A stretch of 40,968 nucleotides of DNA from Pirellulales bacterium (lineage in GTDB: Bacteria > Planctomycetota > Planctomycetia > Pirellulales > UBA1268), in NCBI GenBank assembly GCA_044339885.1, contig JBIIUP010000003.1, forward strand, positions 1-40,968. The letters run 5' to 3'. A program made the translations under genes and the position numbers. Below are positions 1 through 8,677 of the stretch, piece by piece. Positions within the stretch are counted from its first letter, which is position 1, and each line of letters starts with the position of its first letter. The notes beneath the pieces were generated by a model. The model was not told where the DNA came from. It did no database searches and saw nothing but the letters and a program-made list of their open reading frames with translations.

Positions 1-2109
1 GCTCCCGAGCCGCCGGCGAGCGTCCCCGCCGACGATGCCGAAGCCGGGGATTCCACGACCGTGGCCCCGCGGGAGCGCCGCACGCTCGGCTCGCTCGATC
101 CGGCCGATCCGGCGCGGATGCTCGTCACGCTCACCAGCCGGGGCGCGGCCGTCGAGCGGATCGAACTGGCCGACGAGCGGTTCCACGATCAGGACGATCG
201 CACCGGCTATCTGGGGCACCTCGCCGCCGTGACCGCCCCCGAGGGCTGCCGGCTGGGGGTCGTGGGTCCGGGAACGCCCGCCGACCGGGCGGGGCTGCGG
301 GCGGGTGACGTGATCGTCCGCGTGGCCGGCAACGCGACCGCCGACCCCCGGGCCCTCGCCGACGTGCTCGCGGCCCGACGACCCCGGGAGAAGGTGGCGA
401 TCGACTACCTCCGCGATGGCCGGGCTGCCGACTGCGAGGCCGTGCTCGACCGCCGCCCGCTGGAGGTCGTGAGGCCGGAGTTCAACGCGGCGCCCGTCGC
501 CGATCCGGACCGCGACCCGCACGACCCGCTCTCGTTCCGCCTGTCGCTGGAGTCGCGGGGTGACCGCACGCGGCCGGAGGCCCTGGGGGAGATCGCCGGA
601 CAGGCCCTGGCCGACGTCGACTGGGAGGTGGAGCCGGGGGCCGAAGCCGGTGGCGTGAGGTTCACGCGGCGGCTGCCGGAAGGCCTCGTGGTCGCCAAGG
701 ACTACCGGCTCGCGCCGCCTGCGGACGGCGGTTCGCCGGGCTACCGCCTGGCGGTCACGGTCGAGCTGAAGGCCGTCGACGGCGAGGTCGTCTGCTCCTA
801 CGCGCTCGACGGTCCCACCGGCCTGCCGACCGAGGGCTGGTGGTACGCGCAGCGGGTGGCCCGCGACTGGGGATCGCTCGCCGTCCGCGACGTGGCCATG
901 CGGTTCGCCGGCGCGCCGAGCACGATCGTCAGCGGGCTGCGGATCGCCGACGCGGCACTCGACCACCCGGCCTCGGCGGTGCTCGAAGGCCGGCCGCTGT
1001 CGTTCGCGGGCGTCGACTCGCTCTACTTTGCCTCCGCGGTCATTCCGGCCGCCTCCGGGGGGGAGGTGCCGGCGCTCGCCGAGGTCCGCCCGCTGGTGGT
1101 GGGCGACGTGCCCCTCGCGGCCCGGAAGAAGCTCGTCGACGTGACGTGCCGGCTGGTGTCCCGCGAGCTCACCGTGCGGCCCGACGCGCCGGTGGTCCAC
1201 CGCTACGAGATCTTCGCCGGGCCCAAGCGTCCCGACCTCCTGGGCGGCTTCGGCGCGGCCGGCGCCACGATGGACGACCTCGTCTACTACGGCTGGTTCG
1301 GCTGGGTCGCCCGGCCGATGATCGCGATCCTCCACGCGCTCTACGCCGTGGTGGGCAACTACGGGATCGCGATCATCCTGCTGACGGTGATGGTCCGCGG
1401 GGCCATGTTCCCGGTGAGCCGCAAACAGGCCCTCTCCTCGCAGAAGATGCAGGTGCTGCAGCCGGAGATGAAGGCCCTCGCCGAGAAGTACAAGAACGAC
1501 CCGGAGAAGCGGACGAAGGCGACGCAGGAGCTCTGGCGGAAGCACAACTACAACCCCATGGGGGGCTGCCTGCTGGTCTTCATCCAGATCCCGATCTTCA
1601 TGGGGCTCTACCGCTCGCTGGCCAGCGACGTCGAGCTGCGGCAGGCTCCGCTGTTCAGTTCCGCGATCCGCTGGTGCTCGAACCTCGCCGCCCCAGACAT
1701 GTTCTGGGACTGGTCGCAGCTGCTGCCCGGCTTCCTCACGGCGCCGGAGGGCTGGCTCGGGCCGTTCCTCAACCTGTTCCCGCTGGCCACGATCGGCCTG
1801 TTCCTCTGGCAGCAGAAGCTGTTCATGCCGCCGGCCGTTGACGAGCAGCAGAAGATGCAGCAGCAGGTGATGAACTACATGATGTGGTTCATGGCCCTGA
1901 TGTTCTTCAAGGTGCCCTGCGGGCTCTGCCTCTACTTCATCGCCTCGAGCTTGTGGGGCATCGCCGAGCGGCTCTGGCTGCCGACGACGCCCGCGACGGC
2001 CGGCGGGGCCACGGTCGTGGACGCGGCCTTCGCGCCGGCCGGCAAGGGGGCCGTGGCCGCGGGGGACGCGGCCCGGCAGAAGCGGGCCGCGCGGAAGAAG
2101 CAGCGGTGA
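1..2109 (+). CDS. yidC: Membrane protein insertase YidC with a PDZ-like insert (5' partial; the frame is open to the window edge)
   Basis: YGWFGWVARPM, GNYGIAIILLTVMVRGAMFP, QPEMKALAEKYK, NPMGGCLLVFIQIPIFMGLY and GLCLYFIASSLWGIAE are YidC core motifs. GTPADRAGLRAGDVIVRV is PDZ-like. No stop in frame 1 upstream of 61. Confidence 0.95.
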   Translation, partial: APEPPASVPADDAEAGDSTTVAPRERRTLGSLDPADPARMLVTLTSRGAAVERIELADERFHDQDDRTGYLGHLAAVTAPEGCRLGVVGPGTPADRAGLRAGDVIVRVAGNATADPRALADVLAARRPREKVAIDYLRDGRAADCEAVLDRRPLEVVRPEFNAAPVADPDRDPHDPLSFRLSLESRGDRTRPEALGEIAGQALADVDWEVEPGAEAGGVRFTRRLPEGLVVAKDYRLAPPADGGSPGYRLAVTVELKAVDGEVVCSYALDGPTGLPTEGWWYAQRVARDWGSLAVRDVAMRFAGAPSTIVSGLRIADAALDHPASAVLEGRPLSFAGVDSLYFASAVIPAASGGEVPALAEVRPLVVGDVPLAARKKLVDVTCRLVSRELTVRPDAPVVHRYEIFAGPKRPDLLGGFGAAGATMDDLVYYGWFGWVARPMIAILHALYAVVGNYGIAIILLTVMVRGAMFPVSRKQALSSQKMQVLQPEMKALAEKYKNDPEKRTKATQELWRKHNYNPMGGCLLVFIQIPIFMGLYRSLASDVELRQAPLFSSAIRWCSNLAAPDMFWDWSQLLPGFLTAPEGWLGPFLNLFPLATIGLFLWQQKLFMPPAVDEQQKMQQQVMNYMMWFMALMFFKVPCGLCLYFIASSLWGIAERLWLPTTPATAGGATVVDAAFAPAGKGAVAAGDAARQKRAARKKQR

Positions 2110-2170
2110 GCGTGCCCGTCGCCGCACGTCCGGATGGCGCCGGCGCGGCGCGGACGGAGGGCTCGGGGCC

Positions 2171-3559
2171 ATGTGGTCCGTCGACGACCTGATCATCGCG
2201 CCGGCGACCGCCGCCGCCGGCGGGGCGCGGGCGATCGTGCGGATCGCGGGCAGCGGGCTGGCGGACCTGCTCGGCCGGCTATTCGACGTCGAGGCCCCGG
2301 GATTGGTCCCGCCGGGAGGCCGACCGCGGCTGGTGACAGCGCGGCTGGCGGCCTCCGGACTCGGAAGCCGGTGGGGCGGCGTGCCCGTCGAAATCCTGCA
2401 CTGGCCGGGGCCGACGGGACCGGTCGGCGGGCCGCTCGCCGAGGTGCAGCTGCCCGGCTCGGTGCCGCTGGTCGCCGACCTCGTCGCCGCCGCCTGCGGG
2501 CACGGGGCCCGGCTCGCCCGCGGCGGTGAGTTCACGCTCCGCGGATTCCTCGCGGGCCGTCTCGATCTCGTCCAGGCCGAGGCCGTGCTCGCCGTGGTCG
2601 ACGCGCGGACGCCCGACGAGCTGGCCGCCGCGCTGGACCGCATGGCCGGCGGCGCCGGGGAAAAGCTCCGCGGCGTGCGGGACGTGCTCCTCGACCTGCT
2701 CGCCGACGTCGAGGCGGCGGTCGACTTCGCGGACGAGACCACGCCGGACGCCGTGCCGGTCGCCGACGAGGCCGCCTGGCGGTCGATGCGGAGCCGACTC
2801 GCCGCAGCCGCCGACCTGCTCGCCGCGACGGCGCAGGGACTGGCCCGGCGGGACGCGGCCGCCGCGGCCGGACTGCCGCGGGCCGTGCTCGTGGGCCGCC
2901 CGAACGTCGGCAAGAGCAGCCTGTTCAACGCCCTGGTCGGCCGGGGGGCGGCGGTCGTGGCCGACCAGGCGGGCACGACCCGCGACTGGCTGGAGGCGCC
3001 CCTGGCCGGCGCCGCCTGCACGCTCGTCGACCTGGCCGGCATCGCCGCCGCAGACCCGGCCGACCAGGTCGACGCCGCGGCCGTCGCCGCGGCCCGGGCC
3101 GAGGTGGACCGGGCCGACGTCGTCGTCGTCTGCCGTGACGCTCTCGACCCCGTGGACCCCGGGCCGCTCACCCTGCCCGCGTCGGCCGCCGTCATCGACG
3201 TCGTTACGCGGTGTGACCGCGGGCCGCCCACGGTCCGGCTCCCGGCCACCGCGATCCGCACCAGCAGCCGCACCGCCGCGGGCCTCGACGAGCTGCGGGC
3301 GGCGATCGACGCCGCCCTCGCCGGGCTGCCGACCCGTGGCTCGCCGGCGACCGTGCGGATGGCCGTCGGCGTCGCCGCCGCCCGCGAGGCCGTGGCCGCC
3401 GCCGGGCGTGCCGCCGAGCCATCCGGGCCCGACCGCGACGAGGCGGTGGTGGCAGTCCACCTCCGCTCCGCGGTCGACGCCCTCGCCGAGGTCACCGGCG
3501 CCACGATCGGCACCGACCTCCTCGATCGGATATTCTCCCGGCACTGCATCGGCAAGTGA
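2171..3559 (+). CDS. mnmE: tRNA modification GTPase MnmE/TrmE
   Basis: GEFTLRGFLAGRLDLVQAEAV, G1 GRPNVGKSSLFN, G2 GTTRD, C-terminal LLDRIFSRHCIGK; follows yidC. Confidence 0.93.
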   Translation: MWSVDDLIIAPATAAAGGARAIVRIAGSGLADLLGRLFDVEAPGLVPPGGRPRLVTARLAASGLGSRWGGVPVEILHWPGPTGPVGGPLAEVQLPGSVPLVADLVAAACGHGARLARGGEFTLRGFLAGRLDLVQAEAVLAVVDARTPDELAAALDRMAGGAGEKLRGVRDVLLDLLADVEAAVDFADETTPDAVPVADEAAWRSMRSRLAAAADLLAATAQGLARRDAAAAAGLPRAVLVGRPNVGKSSLFNALVGRGAAVVADQAGTTRDWLEAPLAGAACTLVDLAGIAAADPADQVDAAAVAAARAEVDRADVVVVCRDALDPVDPGPLTLPASAAVIDVVTRCDRGPPTVRLPATAIRTSSRTAAGLDELRAAIDAALAGLPTRGSPATVRMAVGVAAAREAVAAAGRAAEPSGPDRDEAVVAVHLRSAVDALAEVTGATIGTDLLDRIFSRHCIGK

Positions 3560-3576
3560 GCCGCGGACGGGAGAGG

Positions 3577-5286
3577 ATGGCAACCATCGATTCCACGCTG
3601 GCCTCACTCGCCGCCGGCGCCGCCGCGTTGGCGGGCCGCGGCCCCGCGGCCCGCGCGGCCCTTGCGATCGAGACGGCCCGCGCGGTGGCCGCCGCGGCCG
3701 ATGCCTGGGTCGAGGCGGCCGTGGCCGTGAAGACGCGGCACGAGCGGTCGGGCGGCACCCACGTCGCGGCGGCCGCGGCCCGGGCCGAGGAACTCGCCAC
3801 CGGGCCGCTGGCCACGCTCCGCCTGCTCGCGATCACGGCCCGGGCGCTCCGCGAGATCGACCGCGCGGGCGTGCCGCGGCCCTGCGCCGCTCCGCGGCTG
3901 CTGCACCCGCAGCGGCCGGCCACCGCTTCGCAGTCGGCCGCGTTCGTGGGCGTCGACGTCCTCCCGGAGCGGCGGCTGTTCGACGGGGCCATCTTCCGCG
4001 GCCACTCCTGCGTCGTGCGGTGCGCCGATCCCGGCGGCCTGGAGGCCTTCGACCGCTCCTGGCGGGAGGAGGCGCACCGGCGGCCCCGGGAAGGAGGCGT
4101 GTGCCTCGTGCTCGGGGCGGGCAACGTCACCGGACTGGCCGCCGCCGACACGATCTCGCAGGTCTTCGAGCACGGCCGGGGCGTGCTGCTGAAGCTCCAC
4201 CCGCTCCATGGGCCCCTGGAGCCGGTGCTGGCCCGAGCGCTGGCGCCGCTGGTGTCCGCCGGCCTCGTGGCCATCGTCACCGGCGGCGCGGAACTGGCCC
4301 GCGACGCAGTGGCGGCGCCGGCCGTCACGCACGTCCATCTCACCGGCGGGCAGGGGGCGTTCGACGGGCTGGTCTGGGGCGGTCCCGGGCCGCGTCCGCC
4401 GCAGGCGGTGCCGCTGCTGGCGAAGCCGATCACCTGCGAGCTGGGCAACGTCACCCCCTGGGTCGTCGTGCCCGGCCGGTACACGCCGGTGCAGCTGCGG
4501 TTCCAGGCCGACATGATCGCGGCATCGATCGCCAACAACACGTCGTTCAACTGCATCGCGACGAAGTGCGTGGTCACCTGCCGGTCGTGGGACCAGCGCG
4601 ACGAATTCCTCCGGCTCGTCGCCCGCCGGCTGGAATCGCTCCCCGCGCGGCCGGCCTGGTACCCGGGGTCGACGGCCGCCTGGGAGGCCGTCTCGGGACG
4701 GCCGGCGCCGGCCGACGGCTCGCTGCCGGCGGTGTTCCGCCCCGGCGTCGATGCGGCGCGGGAGCCCCGCTGGCTGGACCGCGAATGGTTCGTGCCCGTC
4801 GCAGTCGAGGTGCCGCTGGAGGCCGGCTCGAGCGACGAGTTCTGCGGCCGGGCCACCGAGTTCACCCGCGGCCTGCCGGGATCGCTCGCGGCGAGCGTCA
4901 CGGCGCCAGCCACGCTGTCGGCCCACGACCGCCGGCGGGTCGACCTGCTCGCCGAGCACCTCGAATACGGCGTCGTCGCCGTGAACACCTGGTCGGCACT
5001 GGGCTACGCCTTGGCGAGCGTGCCCTGGGGAGGCTACCCGGGTGGCACGCTGGCGACGCCGCGCAGCGGCATCGGCCGGGTGCACGACCCGCTCCTCCTG
5101 CCGCTGGTGCACAACTCGATCCTCCGCGCGCCGCTGGTCGTCCGGCCGCTCCCGCCGTGGTTTCCCTGGCACTCCCGCGGCGAACGGCTGGCCGGCGGGG
5201 TCGTGGAGATGCTCGGGGCGATCGCCGCGGGCCGCACCGGGCTGGGCCCGCTGGTGAGGATGCTGCCGGCCGTGCTGGCGGGCTGA
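3577..5286 (+). CDS. Aldehyde dehydrogenase family protein
   Basis: GAGN, HLTGG, catalytic ELGNVTP and FNC, REWF and PWGGY motifs. The ATG at 3577 follows GGAGAGG; an alternative GTG at 3556 overlaps the mnmE stop. Confidence 0.85.
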   Translation: MATIDSTLASLAAGAAALAGRGPAARAALAIETARAVAAAADAWVEAAVAVKTRHERSGGTHVAAAAARAEELATGPLATLRLLAITARALREIDRAGVPRPCAAPRLLHPQRPATASQSAAFVGVDVLPERRLFDGAIFRGHSCVVRCADPGGLEAFDRSWREEAHRRPREGGVCLVLGAGNVTGLAAADTISQVFEHGRGVLLKLHPLHGPLEPVLARALAPLVSAGLVAIVTGGAELARDAVAAPAVTHVHLTGGQGAFDGLVWGGPGPRPPQAVPLLAKPITCELGNVTPWVVVPGRYTPVQLRFQADMIAASIANNTSFNCIATKCVVTCRSWDQRDEFLRLVARRLESLPARPAWYPGSTAAWEAVSGRPAPADGSLPAVFRPGVDAAREPRWLDREWFVPVAVEVPLEAGSSDEFCGRATEFTRGLPGSLAASVTAPATLSAHDRRRVDLLAEHLEYGVVAVNTWSALGYALASVPWGGYPGGTLATPRSGIGRVHDPLLLPLVHNSILRAPLVVRPLPPWFPWHSRGERLAGGVVEMLGAIAAGRTGLGPLVRMLPAVLAG

Positions 5287-5302
5287 CGCCGCGACCGTCG
5301 GC

Positions 5303-5519
5303 GCCGGGGTTGCCCGTGCCCTCTTGTCCGGACGTGTGCCGCGGCGACCAGGCCGTCTGCTGGCGGATCGGTGGTCAGGCGCGGGGTCCCTTGAAGTCGG
5401 CTCCTGTGGGCCGGGGTTGCCCGTGCCCTCTTGTCCGGACGTGTGCCGCGGCGACCAGGCCGTCTGCTGGCGGATCGGTGGTCAGGCGCGGGGTCCCTTG
5501 AAGTCGGCTCCTGTGGGCC
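5303..5519. repeat. Two exact tandem copies of a 107-bp unit starting with the GGGGTTGCCCGTGCCC arm
   Basis: Units start at 5303 and 5410 and are identical by eye. Confidence 0.95.
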
Positions 5520-5628
5520 CGGACGTTCACGCAGGCCTTCCGGGCCTGCGTGAACTCCGTGCTGGCTGCGCTTCGCCATCCTGGCTTCGCTGGCCAGCAA
5601 GGCCGGGCTCCAGGGCACGGGCAACCCC
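5306..5628. repeat. Family-1 structured intergenic element (REPIN/MITE-like) bounded by a 17-bp inverted repeat
   Basis: GGGGTTGCCCGTGCCCT (5306, 5413) is the reverse complement of AGGGCACGGGCAACCCC (5612-5628). 5519-5628 is homologous to 28530-28638. Confidence 0.85.
5525..5555. terminator. Perfect 13-bp hairpin between convergent genes; possible bidirectional terminator or RNA stabiliser
   Basis: GTTCACGCAGGCC-ttccg-GGCCTGCGTGAAC. There is no U-tract, so terminator function is uncertain. Confidence 0.4.
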
Positions 5629-5705
5629 TCGGAACGCGAGCGATTGTGCTGGAGCCCGGAGGGCCTCGCCGGTGCGACAACGACGCCCGTCCGATGCGGC
5701 GTTGC

Positions 5706-7784
5706 TCAGCGGCGGCGACCCTTGATCGCGCGGTCCCGCGGCTGCTTCTCCGGCGGGGTCTCCGAGAACTTGTCGGCTTGTCCGGTGAGCTCGTAGAGAA
5801 AGCGGCTCGGCCGGCAGGGCTTCGGCTTGCCCCACTTGGTGCGGGTCAGGCAGAGCGAGAGCACGAGCCGCTTCTTCGCGCGGGTCACGCCCACGTAGCA
5901 CAGCCGCCGTTCCTCGTCGACCGCCTGCTGGCCGGCGGCGAGCGAGCGGTGGTGCGGCAGCAGACCCTCCTCCATGCCCACCATCCACACGCAGTCGAAC
6001 TCCAGTCCCTTCGCGGCGTGCAGCGTCATCAGCCGCAGCACGTTGCCCTTGGGCTTGTCGTCCTTCTTGAAGCGGTCGTCGTCCTCCACCTGGAGCACGA
6101 AGTCGTCGAGGAACCCGCGGATCACGGCGGGCAGATCGCACCCGCCCGCGGTGCGGCGGCTCCGCTCGTGCTCGTCGAGCGCCGTCGCGACCTCCTCGAC
6201 GCAGCCCCAGCGGGCCTCGGCCTCGGCGGGCTCGTCCTTGTACTCCCGCTCGAGGTGCTGGCGGTACGCGACCGAGTCGAGCAGACCGCGGAGGGCGGTC
6301 GCCCCGCACTGCTCCCCCGGCGCCGCCTCGCGGACGGCCCGCAGCCGCTCGAGGGCCGCCACGCCGCCGCCAGCCGCGGCTGAGAGCCGGCCCGCGTCCC
6401 GCGCCGCGCGGAGCGCCTGCCAGATGCTCGTGCCCTGCTCGGTCGCCGTCCCCCGCGCCGCCTGGATCGCGGCGGCGGAGATCCCGCGCGGGGGCACGTT
6501 GGCGATCCGGGCCAGGGCGAGGTCGTCGTCGGGGTCGACGAGGAACCGCAGGAAGGCCATTACGTCCCGGACCTCGCGCCGATCGAAGAACGAGCGGCTG
6601 CCGACCAGTTCGTAGGGGATGTTCCGCCGGCGCAGCTCCTGCTCGAACGCCCGCGTCTGCTCGCCGGTGCGGACGAGGATCACGGCCTCGGAGGGGTCGC
6701 AGCGGCGTTCGCGGAACAGGCCCTCGACGTCCCCCGTGACGCGGCGGGCCTCGTCGAGCTCGTCCTGCGCCTGGACGATCGCGGGGGGCACGCCGGGGGG
6801 CAGGTTCGAGACCAGCGTCTTGCCGTGCCGCCGCGCGTTCCGCTCGATGAGCATGTTGGCCGCGTGGATGATCTCGGGGGTGGAGCGGTAGTTCTCCTCC
6901 AGCCGCACCACGGTCGCCCCGGGCCAGCGCTTCGCGAAGTCGAGGATGTGGGAGATCTCGGCGCCGCGCCAGGCGTAGATCGACTGGTCGTCGTCCCCCA
7001 CCACGCACAGGCTCCGGTGGTCGCGGGCCAGGGCCGCCAGGATCCGCTCCTGGATGCCGCTGGTGTCCTGGTACTCGTCGACGAGGAGGTGGTCGAAGCG
7101 GCCCGCCTCCGCCCGCCGCACCTCCTCGTCGGTGGCGAACAGCTCGTCCACGAACAGCAGCAGGTCGTCGAAGTCGACGGCGCCCGCGGTCTTCAGCGCG
7201 TCCTGGTAGCGGCGGTAGCCGGCTGCGGCGAGCGTCCAGCGGTCGTCGTCCTCGCCGGAGACCGTGTCGAGCGCGTCCGCGGGGCGGACCGCGCGGCTCT
7301 TCCAACGGCTGATGCGGTCGAGCAGGTCGCCGGTGCCGAGCACGGCGTCGGGCACGCGGAGCTCCTTGAGCACCCGCCGCGCCGCGGTCTCCTGCTCGCC
7401 GCGGTCGATGATCGCGAACCGCTCGGGCAGGCCGAGCCGGGTCGCGTGCCGCCGCAGGATCCGCACGCAGAGGGAGTGGATCGTGGAGATCTCGGGCTTC
7501 TCTGCGGCCTTGCCGCCGAGGAGCTTGCCGGCCCGGGCGAGCATCTCCCGCGCCGCCTTGTTCGTGAACGTCACGGCCAGGATCCGCGACGGGCGGGCCC
7601 CGCGGCGGACGAGCTGGGCGATGCGGGTGATCACCACACGCGTCTTGCCGGTCCCCGCGCCGGCGAGCACGAGGAGCGGCCCCGGCGGCGCCAGCACGGC
7701 CTCCCCCTGCGCGGCGTTGAGGCCGGGCACACCGGTCCGTGGGGCCGGTCGGGACGGGGCGCTGGTCTCTGGCGGCGGCGGCAT
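5706..7784 (-). CDS. ATP-dependent DNA helicase, UvrD/Rep/PcrA family (SF1A)
   Basis: LNAAQ, LAGAGTGKT, VTFTNKAAREM, VDEYQD, VGDDDQSIYAWRGA, LEENYRS, TLHAAKGLEF and EERRLCYVGVTRAK. Start placed at ATG 7784. Confidence 0.95.
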   Translation of the reverse strand: MPPPPETSAPSRPAPRTGVPGLNAAQGEAVLAPPGPLLVLAGAGTGKTRVVITRIAQLVRRGARPSRILAVTFTNKAAREMLARAGKLLGGKAAEKPEISTIHSLCVRILRRHATRLGLPERFAIIDRGEQETAARRVLKELRVPDAVLGTGDLLDRISRWKSRAVRPADALDTVSGEDDDRWTLAAAGYRRYQDALKTAGAVDFDDLLLFVDELFATDEEVRRAEAGRFDHLLVDEYQDTSGIQERILAALARDHRSLCVVGDDDQSIYAWRGAEISHILDFAKRWPGATVVRLEENYRSTPEIIHAANMLIERNARRHGKTLVSNLPPGVPPAIVQAQDELDEARRVTGDVEGLFRERRCDPSEAVILVRTGEQTRAFEQELRRRNIPYELVGSRSFFDRREVRDVMAFLRFLVDPDDDLALARIANVPPRGISAAAIQAARGTATEQGTSIWQALRAARDAGRLSAAAGGGVAALERLRAVREAAPGEQCGATALRGLLDSVAYRQHLEREYKDEPAEAEARWGCVEEVATALDEHERSRRTAGGCDLPAVIRGFLDDFVLQVEDDDRFKKDDKPKGNVLRLMTLHAAKGLEFDCVWMVGMEEGLLPHHRSLAAGQQAVDEERRLCYVGVTRAKKRLVLSLCLTRTKWGKPKPCRPSRFLYELTGQADKFSETPPEKQPRDRAIKGRRR

Positions 7785-7792
7785 GGCGGCGA

Positions 7793-7801
7793 AATGTAGC
7801 A
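7793..7801 (-). promoter_or_regulatory. Extended -10-like element (TGcTACATT) 8 nt before the helicase ATG
   Basis: The minus strand reads gtgTGCTACATTtcgccgccATG, with no Shine-Dalgarno sequence. Confidence 0.4.
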
Positions 7802-7837
7802 CACCACGCCGGAGCGCGACCGCGTCGGGCGGTCGCC

Positions 7838-7868
7838 TTGACGCTCCGCCGTCGGCCCTCTCTATTTT
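7838..7868 (+). promoter_or_regulatory. Putative sigma70-type promoter for the TPR-rluA pair
   Basis: TTGACG at 7838 and AT-rich TCTATTTT at 7861-7868 in a very GC-rich background. Confidence 0.35.
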
Positions 7869-7912
7869 CCGCTCCGCACCGGTGCACGGTGTGGTCACCC
7901 GGAAAGGGCAGC

Positions 7913-8677
7913 ATGCAATCCGATCGCCGGCACGAGCTCGAAGAGAACGACCTGGCCGAAACGACCGTGGCACTCCTGGAGCGGCTGCGGCCGCACCTCA
8001 CGACGGCGGCCGTCGCGGCGGCCGTCGCGCTCGCTGGCATCGCCGCATGGACGCTCGTGAAGTCGCAGCGGGCCGCGGCCGACGCCGCCAGCTGGGATGC
8101 CGCCGTCGCGGCCTTCACCGAGCGGAACCCGGCCCGGCTCGACGAGGTCGTGCGAAAGTATCCGGGCAGTGCCGCGGCGCGGTGGTCGCAGCTGATTCTC
8201 GCCGAGTCCGCCGTCGAGGAGGGGAGCCAGCTGTTGTTCGCCGACAGGGCCAAGGCCCGCGAGCGGCTGGAGAACGCCGCCGCCATTTACGCGGCCGTCC
8301 TCGCGGAGAGGCCTTCGGCGATGATCGCCGAGCGGGCCACGTTCGGGCTCGCCAAGGCCCGCGAAAATCTCGGCCAGATCGAGGAGGCGCTCCAGGGCTA
8401 CCGGGCCGTCGTCGCCGAGCATCCGGCCGGCGCGTTGCGGGAGGTCGCCGAGCAGCGGGCCCAGGCCCTGGCCCGGCCATCGACCCGGGAATGGTACGCT
8501 TGGTTCGCCGAACAGAAGCCGGCGGCTCCGCCCGCCGCCGGTCCGGCCGGCGCCTCGGGCGCCCCGCCTCAGGCCGCGGCACCGACCGATGCACCCGTCC
8601 CACCCTCCGCAGCCGACTCCGCAGGAGCCGCCCCCGCCGGCGCCGCTGCCGGGGCAGGAACTGACGCTGCCCGTTGA
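7913..8677 (+). CDS. Membrane-anchored TPR-like (YfgM-like) protein
   Basis: MQSDRRHELEENDLA start, one TM helix, helical TPR-like repeats (ATFGLAKARENLGQIEEALQGYRAVV), Ala/Pro tail; purine-rich GAAAGGG upstream. Confidence 0.7.
   Translation: MQSDRRHELEENDLAETTVALLERLRPHLTTAAVAAAVALAGIAAWTLVKSQRAAADAASWDAAVAAFTERNPARLDEVVRKYPGSAAARWSQLILAESAVEEGSQLLFADRAKARERLENAAAIYAAVLAERPSAMIAERATFGLAKARENLGQIEEALQGYRAVVAEHPAGALREVAEQRAQALARPSTREWYAWFAEQKPAAPPAAGPAGASGAPPQAAAPTDAPVPPSAADSAGAAPAGAAAGAGTDAAR

Noticed and set aside
2526-5501. Long alternative-frame ORFs (991 aa here; also 26957-30427, 34218-38690, 5527-8286 and others)
   Set aside because: These are Arg/Pro/Gly-rich shadow frames of recognisable genes, expected from the scarcity of stop codons at high GC.
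5324-5725. Small ORFs over the repeat regions (also 18856-19094 and 28130-28550)
   Set aside because: They are translations of DNA repeats with no protein-family signal.
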